This document shows positions 10,990 to 21,784 of a DNA stretch of 64,000 bases, one piece after another. Positions within the stretch are counted from its first letter, which is position 1; each line of letters opens with the position of its first letter. The notes beneath the pieces are model-generated. The model did no database searches and was not told where the DNA came from. It was given only the letters and a program-made list of their open reading frames with translations. Origin of the DNA: an uncultured Solirubrobacterales bacterium (lineage in GTDB: Bacteria > Actinomycetota > Thermoleophilia > Solirubrobacterales > Solirubrobacteraceae); contig OY970221.1 of NCBI GenBank assembly GCA_963714025.1, positions 1,519,901-1,583,900 of the forward strand. Reading direction: 5' to 3'. Made by a program: the position numbers and the translations under genes.

Positions 10990-11915
10990 ATGGGCCCTCT
11001 GCGCATCGGCACCCGCGCCAGCGCGCTCGCGCTCGCGCAGACCGGGCTCGTCGCGGACCTGCTCGTGAGTGGTGAGCGCGAGCGCCCCGAGATCGTGAGA
11101 CTCACCACCAGCGGCGATCGCGCCGGCACGCGGGCCGGCGACAAGTCGCGCTGGGTCGACGCGATCGAGGACGCGCTGCTCGCCGGCAAGATCGATCTCG
11201 CGGTGCACTCCGCCAAGGACCTCCCCGGCGAGCTCGCCGACGGCCTGGAGCTGCTGGGGGCGCCCGCGCGTGCGGCCGTCGAGGATGTGCTCTGCGGCGC
11301 TGCCGACCTCGACGCCCTGGCGCCGGGAGCGCGCGTCGGCACGAGCAGCATCCGCCGCGCCGCCCAGCTGCGCGGCGCGCGCGCGGACCTCGAGGTCGTG
11401 GCGATCGCGCGGCAACGTCGACACGCGCCTGCGTCTGCTCGCGGAGGGCGAGCTGGACGCGATCGTGCTCGCCCGCGCGGGCCTGCAGCGACTCGAGCGC
11501 GAGCGCGAGATCGGTGCGGTGCTCGACCCCGCGCGGTTCGTGCCCGCGCCCGGCCAGGGCGCCCTGGCGCTGGAGGCTCGTGCCGAGGATGAGCGCGTAC
11601 GCGGGGCGGTCGCGGCGATCCTCGACGCCGACACCTCCGCCTGCCTGCAGGCCGAGCGCGCCCTCGCGCACGCGCTCGACGCCTCCTGCCACACGCCGCT
11701 CGGCGCCCATGCGCAGGCCGCGGGCTGCGGCTGTTTCGGGCTGCGCGCCTGGGTCGGCCTGCCCGACGGCTCGGCCTGGGTGGCCGACGAGCTGCTGCGG
11801 CGGGTTCTACGACCCGACCGAGCTGGGCCGGCGGATGGCCGAGCGCATGAGCGCCGTCGGCGCGCGCGAGCTGCTGGAGCGTGCACAAGAGACGGCGGGC
11901 CTGGGCAGTGTCTGA
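10990..11915 (+). CDS. hemC: Hydroxymethylbilane synthase; frameshifts near 11410 and 11800
   Basis: RIGTRASALA, AVHSAKDLP, GTSSIRR, RGNVDTRL, PAPGQGAL and ASCHTPLG spread over three frames. Confidence 0.92.
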
Positions 11916-13498
11916 GGAATCGCCCGAGCAAGCGCCCGAGCGCCTGGCCGCGCAGGACGACGCGCGAGGCGATCGCACAGGAACCACCGGTGCCGGACGG
12001 GTTTATCTCGTGGGTGCGGGACCGGGCGATCCCGGTCTGCTCACCGCTCGCGCGCTGGAGCTGATCTCCACCGCCGACACGATCCTCCACGACCGCCTGA
12101 TCCCCGCGGCCGCGCTCGACGGCGCGCGCGCGGACGCCGAGCTGCTGTTCGTCGGCAAGGAGGGCGGCGGCGACTCGGTGCCCCAGGCGCAGACCGAGGA
12201 GCTGCTGATCGATCGCGCCCGGGCGGGCCGCACGGTGGTGCGCCTGAAGGGCGGGGACCCGTTCGTGTTCGGCCGCGGCGGCGAGGAGGCGCTGCGCCTG
12301 CGCGCCGCCGCGATCCCCTATGAGATCGTGCCGGGCGTCACCGCCGGCGTGGCCGCGGCCGCCTACGCGGGCATCCCCGTCACCCATCGTGGCCTGTCGG
12401 TCGGTGTGGCGCTGCTCACCGGCCACGAGGACCCCGACAAGGAGAAGACCGCGCTGGACTGGGACGCGCTCGCGGCCTTCCCGGGCACGCTCGTCTTCTA
12501 CATGGGCGTCCGCCCCCTGGCGCGCATCGCGCGATCGTTGATCGATGCCGGCCGCTCCCCCGAGGAGCCCGTGGCGATCGTCGAACGCGGGACACTCCCC
12601 GCTCAGCGCACGATCACGGGCACGCTCGCCACGATCGCCGAGCAGGCCCGCACGCAGGAGGTGCGCGCCCCCTCGATCACGATCGTCGGCCCCGTCGCCG
12701 GGCTCGCCGGTGAGCTCTCCTGGCTACCGTCCGGGCCACTGGCCGGGCTGACCGTGGCCGTCACCCGCGCGCGGCGCCGCCGCCAGCGGATTGGCGCAGC
12801 GGTTGCAAGCGCTCGGCGCGCGCGTTCTGCGGACACCTGCGATCCGCACCATGGCGCTCCCCGGTCCAGCGCCCGACCTGTCCGCGTATGACCTCCTGTG
12901 CCTCACGAGCCCGGTCGGTGTCGCCACGCTGTTCGAGCGCCTGCGCGCCGACGGTCGCGACGCGCGCGCGCTGGCCGGTACGCGCGTGGCGGCGATCGGA
13001 CCGGGCACCGCCGGGGCGCTGGCCGAGCACGGGATCGCGGCCGACATCGTGCCCGAGCGCGCGGTCGCCGAGGGGTTGGTCGAAGCGCTCGACGCACTCG
13101 CCGCTGCTACGCCGGTGCGCAGCGCGTTGATCGCCCGCGCGAGCGAGGGACGCGAGGTGCTGCCGGACGCGCTGCGCGAGCGGGGCGTCGCGGTGGACGT
13201 GCTCGCGCTGTACGAGACCGTCGCCGAGAGCCCACCCGCGCGCGCCAAGCAGGAGGCGCTGGCAGCCGACTACATCACCTTCACCTCCGCCTCGACCGTC
13301 CGCTTCTTCCTGCAGGCCCTGGGCGAGGATCGCCCGTCGCAGGCCACGCGCATCGTCTCGATCGGTCCGATCACCAGCGGCGCGCTGCGCGAGCACGGCC
13401 TGGAGCCGCACGTCGAGGCCGAAGCGCACGACATCGACGGTCTCGTCCGGGCACTGCTCGCGGACGTTCGCACCCGGGCCCACTCGCGGGCCTCCTGA
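11908..13498 (+). CDS. cobA: Uroporphyrinogen-III C-methyltransferase / uroporphyrinogen-III synthase fusion (CobA-HemD); frameshift near 12775
   Basis: VYLVGAGPGDPGLLT, RLKGGDPFVFGRGGEE, GIPVTHR; HemD part has AIGPGTA, FTSASTV and SIGPITS. Confidence 0.9.
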
Positions 13499-13511
13499 CG
13501 GGCGCAACACC

Positions 13512-14244
13512 GTGTCCGGCACGCTCGGCCATCCCCGCCTGCACCTGCTCAGCACCGACTCGACCAACGACCGCGCGCGCGCGCTGGCGATCGCCGGGGC
13601 GCCGCACGGCACGCTCGTCACCGCCTCCGCGCAGACGGCCGGGCGCGGGCGCCAGGGTCGGCGCTGGTCGGCGCCTCCGAACAGTTCGCTGTTGGCCTCG
13701 CTCGTGCTGCGCGGCGCCCCGCTGCCGCGGCTGCTGCCGTTGATCGCGGCCGTCGCCGTGTGCGATGTCGCGGGCGAGGAGGCTCGGGTGAAGTGGCCGA
13801 ACGACATCGTCTTCGTGCGCCCGTCCGGTACAGACGGCGAGGGTGGCATCATGGCGAAGCTCGCGGGGATCCTCGCCGAGGGACGGCCGCAGGAGGGCTG
13901 GGCGGTGCTGGGCGTGGGCCTGAACGTCGCCGTGCGCCTGCAGGAGCTGCCGCTGGAGCTGCGAGACACGCGCCGCCACGCTCGGCGAGTCCGCCGCGGC
14001 GATCGAGCCGCTGCTCGCGCGCCTGCTGGTCGCACTGGGCCGGCGCCTGGCCGAGCCGACCGAGACGCTGCTCGAGGCCTATCGCGCCCGCGACGCCCTG
14101 CGCGGGCGGGAGATCGACTGGTCCGCCGGCAGCGGTCGTGCCGCCGGCATCGACGGCGAGGGTCGGCTCGTGGTGGCGCTGCCCGCCGGCGGCCACACCG
14201 CGCTTGACGCGGGCGAGGTTCACCTGCGGCGCCTGGAGAGCTGA
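13512..14244 (+). CDS. birA: Biotin-[acetyl-CoA-carboxylase] ligase; frameshift near 13975
   Basis: DSTN, QTAGRGRQGRRW, VKWPND, KLAGIL, GVGLNV; C-terminus GIDGEGRLVV...AGEVHL in a shifted frame. Confidence 0.9.
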
Positions 14245-14272
14245 GAGCGCGACCTCAGCTCAGCTCGCGTCC

Positions 14273-17088
14273 TCACTCCTCGGCGTGCTCGAGCGCCTCG
14301 GCGACGTTGCGATCGAGCTTGCCTTCTTCGGCCGGCGCGAGCCCGGCGCCGTTCTGCGTGTGCACTGACGGTCCGCTTGCGAGCGCCTCGTCGAGCACGC
14401 TCCTCATTCGGGGTCCCTTGTCGGCCCTGCCGCGCGGCGCCGTTCTTGGCGCGCTGCCGCCCTTGTTGCGCCGGCGGCGGTTGTTGCGGGCGCGGCGTTT
14501 GGGGAAGTTGCGCAACAGCTCGCGTGCCAGCGCCGGGGGCTTGCGCGCCATCCGCGTGCGCGCGCCGCGCAGCGCCTCCTCGGCCTCGGGCGTGTGCGCG
14601 AGCGCGGCCGCCAGCAGCGCGGCGGCCAGGCGCCGGTCCTGCTTGCGCGCGGCGTGGATCAGCCGTCGGGCGTTGCGCGCGTGGGCGCCGCCGGAGGAGT
14701 TCACGAGCAGGCCCAGCAGGCGCTTGGTCTCGGGCCAGCGCTGCACGGCGTACTCCTCGTGCACCTCGCGCGTGTATCCGGCCAACCGCCAGATCCAGGC
14801 GGTCGCCTGGTCGCGGCGGCCGATGCGCCGCTCGACGAGCGCGCGCAGCATGATCTTGGTCGCCTCGCGACGCTCCTCGCGCGGCCAGCCGCCGATGATG
14901 TCGATCGCGGTGTCGAACGCGTCGGGGTCGCGCAGCGCGGCGATGTCCGCGAGCGCACGCAGGCGCAGCTGCGAGCTCTTGTTGCGCTGCACGGCGGTGA
15001 TCAGGAAGCGGCTCTTGAGCTCGCCGCCGCGATCGAAGTGCAGCATCGCCCGCGCCCGGCGCCAGCCCGCGGGCGCCACGCGCGCGCCGGCCAGGGCCGC
15101 CCACACGTGCTGCTCGCCGTAGTCGAGGTTCTCCACCGCGATCCGCCAGAGCTCGCGCTCGAACACCTGAAAGCGGCGCTCCTCCTCCGCGCACACGGGC
15201 AGCACGCGGCGCTCGACGCGCATGCGCCGCCCCCGTCCGCGCCGGACCGGGCCGACGACGATCGCCCCGCCGCGGTAGACGTCGCGGTCGAGCAGCGAGT
15301 GCAGCGTCACGACCGGGTCGTCGTTCTTGGTCGCGGGGTGCACGAAGTCCACGACCAGCCCGGCCTCCTTGCCGGGGTGGCGACGGGTGACGCGCCCTAC
15401 GCGCTGCTGGTAGATGCGTTTGGAGGCGGTCGGCGCGAGGTGCACGCAGACCGTCGCGCGCGGGCGAGTTCCAGCCCTCGGCGAGCAGCTGCGCGTTGAT
15501 CAGCACGTCGATGTCCCCGCGCTCGTAGCGCGCGAGGATCTCCGCGAGCTCGCGCTTGGGGGTCTCGCCGGAGACGCCCTGCGCCTTGAGGCCTTCGGCG
15601 CGGAAGGCCTCGGCGAGGTTGTAGGCGTGCTGCACGCCGGCCGCGTAGACGACCCCGGGCACGCCGTTGAAGCGCGTCTTGTAGAGGTTCGCCGCGGCCA
15701 TGTTGAACGGCTGCTGATCGAGCAGCGCGGCCAGCTCCTCCTGGTCGAACTCGGTGTCCACCTCGCCGCGGCGCAGCGGCACCTTGGCGATCGTGCGCAC
15801 CCCAACGCCGGGGGAGATGCGCACGCATCGCAGCGGCGAGATCACCCCCCGTCGCGCCGCCTGAGCGAGGTCGAAGCGCGAGGTCTGAGTGGGGAAGAGG
15901 TCGGTGACATGGCGCGCGATCAGCGCGCCCGTGGCGGTCATGCCGATGAAGATCGGGCCCGTCCAGTTGCGGATCGCGCCGCTGGTCTTCTCGCCCAGCG
16001 CCGTGTGCGCCTCGTCGCAGATGACGATCGTGTAGGCGCTCGAGATCTTGCCGGCGTTGCGCACGAACCACTGGTAGGTCTCGACCGTCACCGGTCCCTT
16101 GACCGAGTCCTCGCCGAGCAGCAGCGGACGGGAGATGCGCTTGGAGTAGCCGCGCTCGCGCAGCTCGCCGTGGAACTGGTCGACGAGGTTGCGCCGGTGC
16201 GTGAGGATCAGGATGCCGCCGGTCTGCGAGGCCTCGACGAAGCCCAGCGCGGCGACCGTCTTGCCGGCGCCGGTGGCGTGCTCGAACCAGAAGCGCTTGG
16301 CGGCGTTGGGGTCCTCGGGCTGCTCGGCCAGCGACTCCTCGTCGTCCTCGCCCTCGTCGACCCAGTCGCGGGGCTCCTCGTCGGACTCGCTCTCGGACTC
16401 GGCGTTCTCCTCCTCGTCCTCGCGCTCGTCGTCTGCGAGCAGCTCCTCGGCGAACTCGTCCTCGTCGGCTTCGTCGTCGTCATCGTCCTCGTCGGGCGCC
16501 GCACGCTGGACGGGGCCGAGCTCCTCGTCGTCCTCGTCCTCCTCGTCCTCGTCCTCCTCGGCGTCGCCCTCGGGCTCGTCCTCGTCGTAGTCCGCGCTCG
16601 CATCCCGGTCCGCCTCGGAGTCCTCGTCCGCGCTCGCCGTCGGAGCGTCGTCGGGACCGAGGATCGCCGCCGAGGCCAGCAGCTCGGGCGAGGCCGCGGC
16701 CGCGGCGACGCGACCGTTGCCCTCGGTGCTCGTGCGCTGCGCCTCGGCCAGCAGCGCCGTGAGCGTGCCCGAGAGCGCATCGACCTGGTGGGCCGAGAGC
16801 ACGGTGCCGTCGGCAAGCTTCGGCTCGTCGTCGGAGAGCAGTCGCTCCAGGCCCAGCAGCAGCGAGAAGTCCCGGCGCCATTCCGTCGAGGGGTGCTGGG
16901 CGCCCGCGTCGAGCTCGGCCAGCGCGCGATCCAGCGCGCGCCTGCGCGGGGAGCCCGGCGCCAGCGCGACCGCTGGATCCTCGCCCTCGTGCAGGAAGCG
17001 ATCGCGCACGAAGCTTCTCCGCGCGAGCGATCTCGGCGGAACTGGGAGTGGGCGCGGCCGCGAGGGCCACTGAAGTGGACTCGGCCAT
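14273..17088 (-). CDS. SF2 (ResIII/DExH-type) helicase with a long acidic linker; frameshifts near 17000 and 15460
   Basis: HATGAGKT (motif I), DEAH (II), MTAT (III), LAEGWN (V), QQRVGRVTR (VI); the start MAESTSVA lies in another frame. Confidence 0.85.
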
Positions 17089-17240
17089 CTAGGGCTCTGG
17101 ACTTCGAGACGGAGCCGCCGCACGCAGTGGTCTCGGCGGGGCTCAGGGTGTTGTCGGCGAACGGCCGACGACGTCGCCGGATGCTCACAGCGAACCGGCC
17201 TGACGTGGCTCCAGCATATAGCACGGAGCGGGGGATTTGA

Positions 17241-17360
17241 AGGGGTCGTGCATGCACGACCCCTGGATGTGTCGCATGCGACACATCCGCGAGCGGCGCA
17301 TGCGCCGCTCGGCGAGACCGCACATGTGCGGTCTCGGACAGGGCCGCATGCGGCCCTGTC
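17241..17360. repeat. Palindrome array 1: five abutting 24-bp palindromes with a CATG centre and different arms
   Basis: AGGGGTCGTGCATGCACGACCCCT; GGATGTGTCGCATGCGACACATCC; GCGAGCGGCGCATGCGCCGCTCGG (outermost pair mismatched); CGAGACCGCACATGTGCGGTCTCG; GACAGGGCCGCATGCGGCCCTGTC; exact 24-bp period. Confidence 0.97.
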
Positions 17361-17387
17361 GCCCACCATCTGCCACCCTTAGCCGCG

Positions 17388-17996
17388 ATGACCGGGATCG
17401 CCCCCGCCCGCCTGCTCACGACACTCGCGGTCCTCGCCGTGATCGCGCTGCTGGCCGTCGGACTGGTGCAGCTCGCCGGCTCCTCTTCCTCCTCCTCGAG
17501 CAGCTCGACCGTGCCGTTGACACTCGCCCAGATGCGGGCGCAGCTGGCCGGCTCGCCCGCGCCGCTGGCCGCGCTGCACGCGCAGGCCGGGCAGATCCTC
17601 CCCGGCGGCGCGCCCGCGCTGCACGCGCGCCTGACGGCCCTGCACGGCTATCCGCTGGTGATCGACAAGTGGGCCTCGTGGTGCGTGCCCTGCCAGTCCG
17701 AGCGCGTGACCTTCCAGCACGTCTCGACCTCACTCGGGCGCTCGGTGGCGTTCCTCGGCATCGACTCCGGCGACACGAGCCTCGCCGACGGACGCGCGTT
17801 CCTGCGCGCGTCGCCGGTCGGCTACCCGAGCTACTACGACCAGAGCGGGCGTCTGGGCACGCAGATCGCCGACTCCTCGTTCACGCCGGTGACCGTCTTC
17901 TACGACCGGGCCGGGCGACAGTACATCCACCAGGGCCCCTACCCGAGCGTCGCCAAGCTCGAAGCCGACGTGCGTCGCTACGCGCTCGGCTCATAA
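17388..17996 (+). CDS. TlpA/ResA-like membrane-anchored thioredoxin
   Basis: N-terminal TM segment, WASWCVPC active site, TPVT cis-Pro region. Confidence 0.85.
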   Translation: MTGIAPARLLTTLAVLAVIALLAVGLVQLAGSSSSSSSSSTVPLTLAQMRAQLAGSPAPLAALHAQAGQILPGGAPALHARLTALHGYPLVIDKWASWCVPCQSERVTFQHVSTSLGRSVAFLGIDSGDTSLADGRAFLRASPVGYPSYYDQSGRLGTQIADSSFTPVTVFYDRAGRQYIHQGPYPSVAKLEADVRRYALGS

Positions 17997-18006
17997 GCTC
18001 CCGCGC

Positions 18007-19013
18007 GTGCCCGAGATCCGCATAGACCCGCTCAGCGGGCACCGCACGATCGTCGCCGGCGAGCGCTCGCGACGCCCGGGAGGCGAGCCGCGCTGCGAGC
18101 CCCCCGAGCCGATCGACCCCGAGCGCGACCCCTTCGCCGAAGGCCACGAGGACCGCACGCCGCCCGAGCTGTACGCGGTGCGCCCCGGCGGCGGGCCGGC
18201 CGACTCGCCCGGGTGGACCGTGCGGGTCGTGCCGAACCTCTACCCCGCGCTCACGCCCGACGCCGCCGAGCCTTCTGAGGTGGGCGAGTCGCGGCGACGG
18301 ATCGCCGAGTCCGAGCTGTTCCTCGCGCGCGCGGCCGTGGGCGCGCACGAGGTGATCGTCAACGGACCCCAGTCGGTGCTCTCGCTGGCCGAGCTGCCGC
18401 GCGAGCAGGTCCTCGCGGCGGTGGAGGTGTGGCGCGAGCGCATGCGCGCCCACGACACGGACTGCGGCCTACGTGCAGCTGATCGTCAACGAGCGGCGCG
18501 AGGGCGGCGCCTCGCTGCCGCACACGCACGCGCAGCTGTACGCGCTCGACTTCGTCCCCGCCGAGGTCGCCCGCGAGCGCGAGCGCGCCGGCGCGTACGC
18601 GACGCGCACGATGGGCCACACGCTGCTCGAGGACGTGATCGCCGAGGAGGTCCGCCGCGGCGAGCGCATCGTGGCGATCGACGACGAGGCGGTGCTGCTC
18701 GCGCCCTACGCCTCGCGCCTGCCCTTCCAGCTGATGCTCGCCCCGCGCCGCCCGCAGCGCGCGCTTCGAGACGGACGGACCGACCGGCGCCTCGCTGCTG
18801 CACGACGGGCTGACCCGGCTCGCGCGCCTACTCGGCTCGAGCCCGCCCCTGAACCTGTGGGTGCGCACGGCCCCGCGCGGCGTCGAGCAGTTCTGCTGGC
18901 GCATCGACATCGCCCCGCGCCTGACCCACCTCGCCGGCCTCGAGCTCTCGACGGGGCTGAACCTGAACATCGTCGCGCCCGAGCACGCCGCCTCGCTCTT
19001 GCGCGAGGGGTGA
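18007..19013 (+). CDS. galT: Galactose-1-phosphate uridylyltransferase-like protein; frameshifts near 18465 and 18760
   Basis: RIDPLSG...IVAGERSRRP, DPFAEGHE, VRVVPNLYPA, AHEVIV, GASLPHTHAQL. Confidence 0.8.
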
Positions 19014-19075
19014 AGTCCCGGCCTCAATCGAGCACACCGCGCTGTGCGGGATGAGGGCCGGATAGGCTGCGCGAT

Positions 19076-19798
19076 GTGCCGCCCGAGGAACGCTTCCTTC
19101 CGCGCTTCGCCGCCGAGCCCCCGCAGGAGCTGCTGCCCTACGGACGCTGGGCCGAGCGGCTGAGCGCCGAGTTCCTCGAGGCGCTGCTCCGGCGCTCGAC
19201 GGCGAGGGCGAGGATCTCGGCGAGCCCGGCGAGATCGTCGTGGTATCCCGGACCGCACCTGGCACGGCCGCACGTACGTCCCGGCGAGCACGATCACCTC
19301 GCGCGGCTACGAACTGTTCGGCTACGTCCGCTTCGTCCCCGCCGAGCGAGGGCGAGGATCCGACCGACTTCTACGCCCACGCCGACTTCACCGACGAGAC
19401 CGCCGAGCGCAACCCCGACTGGACGCTCGACCTGTGCGAGGAGACGATCGGCTCCTGGCGCGGGCACTCCGGCGCGGTGGCCGCGATGACGCTCGTCTGG
19501 GGCCGCCCGCTGATCGGCGGCGGCCGCCTCGCCACGGCCGAGCTCGCCGACCTCGCGGTCGACCAGTGCGAGCTGATCGAGGAGCGCTTCACGCTGATCG
19601 CGCCCGACGACTACCGCGGCGATCTGCTCGAGATCAAGCTCTTCGGAGGTCGCGGGCAGGAGCTCGCGCAGCGAGTCGCTGTATGCGGGGGACGAGGACG
19701 AGGGGGAAGACGAGGAACCGAAAGAGGGAGCGGGAGAGGAACCGGACGGCCACGACATCGCCGGAGATGCCGCGGACGACGCCCCCTCGGTGTCATGA
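19076..19798 (+). CDS. Hypothetical protein with an acidic C-terminus; several frameshifts
   Basis: Plausible peptide segments in successive frames: FLPRFAAEPPQELLPYGRW, YELFGYV, ADFTDETAERNPDW, VDQCELIEERFTLIAPD. Confidence 0.65.
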
Positions 19799-21197
19799 CT
19801 CCGGAGCAGGCAGCGAAGCCGAAGAACGTGCGAGCTTGTTGCCGGGGTTCAGCAGCCCCTTCGGGTCGAACATCCGCTTGATCTGCTCGTGCAGCTCCAC
19901 GGCCCGCTCGTCCCACTGCAAGCCGAGCAGGCCCCGCTTGAGCCGGCCCACGCCGTGCTCGGCCGCGATCGACCCGCCGAGCTCGGCCACAACCGCGAAC
20001 AGCTCCTCGCCGATCGCGCGCGCCGCCTCCAACTCGCGCTCGTTCTCCGGGTCGACGAGCACATTCGCGTGGACGTTGCCCTCGCCGCCGTGCCCCCACG
20101 CGCACGAGCGCAGCCCGTGCCGCGCGGCGATCTCCGCGAACCGCTCGAGCCCCTCCCCCAGACGCTCGACCGGGAAGGCCACGTCCTCGGAGACCTTCGC
20201 ACCGCGCACCGCCGTGGTCGCGGGGTTGAACCCGTCGCGCCAGCGCCATAGCGCGTCGGTGTCGCGCGGGCTCCTCGATCGCGACCGCGCGCTCGGCCAG
20301 CAGCTCTGTGAGCGCGCGGCGCTGAGCCTCGGTCTCCCGCGCGAGCCGTCCACTTCCACCAGCAGCGCGAACCCCGCTCCTGGCGGTGGCGGCGCCGCGC
20401 TGGGATAGGCGCCCGCGACGATTTCGAGCGTCGCGCCGTCGAGGAACTCGAGCGCCGAGGGCTGAATCCCCGCAGCCATCACCTCGAGCAGCGCCGCGCA
20501 TCCCTGCGCGCGATCGCGCAGGAACACGACGACGCCACGCTCGCCTCCGGCGCGGGCAGCAGGCGCAACCGCACCGCCGTGATCACGCCCAACGTGCCCT
20601 CCGAGCCGATCAGCAGGCTCTTGAGGTCATACCCGGCCACGTCCTTGCGCGCCCAGCCGCCGATCCGCACCAGCTCTCCGGGGGCCAGCACCACCTCCAG
20701 GCCCGTCACCCACGCGCCCGTGACCCCGTACTTCAGCGCATGCGGGCCGCCCGCGTTCGTGGCCACGTTGCCGCCGATCTGCGACTGCTCGGACGCACCC
20801 GGGTCCGGCGCGAACATCAGCCCGTTCTCGCGCGCCAGCCGCCGCACGTGATGCGTGCTCACACCTGCCTCGGGGTAGATCCGCCACAGCGCCGGCGTCG
20901 AGCTCGCGCACCCGGCGGAGCCGCTCCAGCGAGAGCACCACGCCCGCCCTCGCTCGGCACCGCCCCGCCAGTCAGGCCCGTGCCGCCGCCGCGCGGGACG
21001 ATCGGTGTGTCGTGCTCATAACACCAGCGCACCACCTCGGCCACCTCTCGCGCGCTGCCCGGCAGGACCACCGCATCGGCGCGGCCCTTCAGCCCGCGGC
21101 GGCGCGATGCGTCCTGGTTGTAAAGAGAGGTCGGCGGCGGCGCCTCGAACACGTGCTCGGCGCCGACGATGCGGGCGAGGTCGCGATGGGCGGACAT
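19793..21197 (-). CDS. FAD-linked oxidase (GlcD/D-lactate dehydrogenase family); several frameshifts
   Basis: PRGGGTGLTGGAVP, IGGNVATNAGGPHALKYG, GSEGTLGVIT, HGGEGNVH, AEHGVG, FDPKGLLNPG. Confidence 0.88.
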
Positions 21198-21257
21198 CGG
21201 TCACATGCTTGCACCGCTCGTGGCGCCCGTCCAACAAGCCACCGCACACTTCCACGC

Positions 21258-21680
21258 TCAAAGCGGCCTATCGCCCACCGTATGCAATGGTAGACCTTGA
21301 GGGGATTGCGACTCCACATATTTCTGAGCCGCTTGCAGCACTCGCATCAGATCGGGAACTGCGCGGTCGAAAGGCTCCGCGGAAAGCGCGGCTAGTTCTC
21401 TCAGCAGCACGGCCGCCTCGGGATCTGTCTTTGGGGGGACAGCGGGGTAGGAGACGTTGGTCCCGAGTAGCTCCGGCACCGACAGGTGTAGTGCATTTGC
21501 GACCGATACCCACCGTTGAGGAGCTATACGGCCCCCGTTCAACCACTTGGCGACTGCAGGCAGACTCACGCCAGCAGCACCCGCAAACCGGCGGTGGGAC
21601 AGGTGGTGTAGCTCCATCGCTGCGCGGATACGCCCCTCCAATCCACTCCAGTCGATCGCGTTGAGATCTAGCGCCTCCAT
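21258..21680 (-). CDS. XRE-family helix-turn-helix transcriptional regulator
   Basis: RIRAAMELHHLSHRRFAGAAGVSLPAVAKWLNGG...VANALHLSVPELL fits the Cro/C1 HTH pattern; divergent from the next two genes. Confidence 0.75.
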   Translation of the reverse strand: MEALDLNAIDWSGLEGRIRAAMELHHLSHRRFAGAAGVSLPAVAKWLNGGRIAPQRWVSVANALHLSVPELLGTNVSYPAVPPKTDPEAAVLLRELAALSAEPFDRAVPDLMRVLQAAQKYVESQSPQGLPLHTVGDRPL

Positions 21681-21688
21681 GATCCGTC

Positions 21689-21734
21689 CAACCAGAGTTG
21701 TACAGTACAACCCCAGATCGTACAACCACGGTTG
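21689..21734. promoter_or_regulatory. Candidate operator dyads in the divergent promoter of the XRE gene
   Basis: CAACCAGAGTTG (21689-21700), GTTGTAC-A-GTACAAC (21697-21711) and CAACCACGGTTG (21723-21734). Confidence 0.55.
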
Positions 21735-21784
21735 GAGCTGCCGATGACGCACTTCCCTGAGCAATCCATCAAGCTGTCCGAGTC

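Noticed and set aside
15414-17240. Long antisense and alternate-frame ORFs (e.g. 608 aa here, 667 aa at 27593, 666 aa at 51457)
   Set aside because: Shadow ORFs typical of high-GC DNA; they overlap well-supported genes and lack recognisable motifs.
17237-17387. ORFs reading through the arrays (MKGSCMHDPW..., and MPHAARPAG... at 42903)
   Set aside because: The ATGs come from the CATG cores; the real genes start at 17388 and 43071.
3130-21197. Frameshifted genes as pseudogenes or programmed frameshifts
   Set aside because: They affect many normally essential genes with otherwise intact motifs, with no in-frame stops or slippery heptamers noticed; best explained as sequencing indels.
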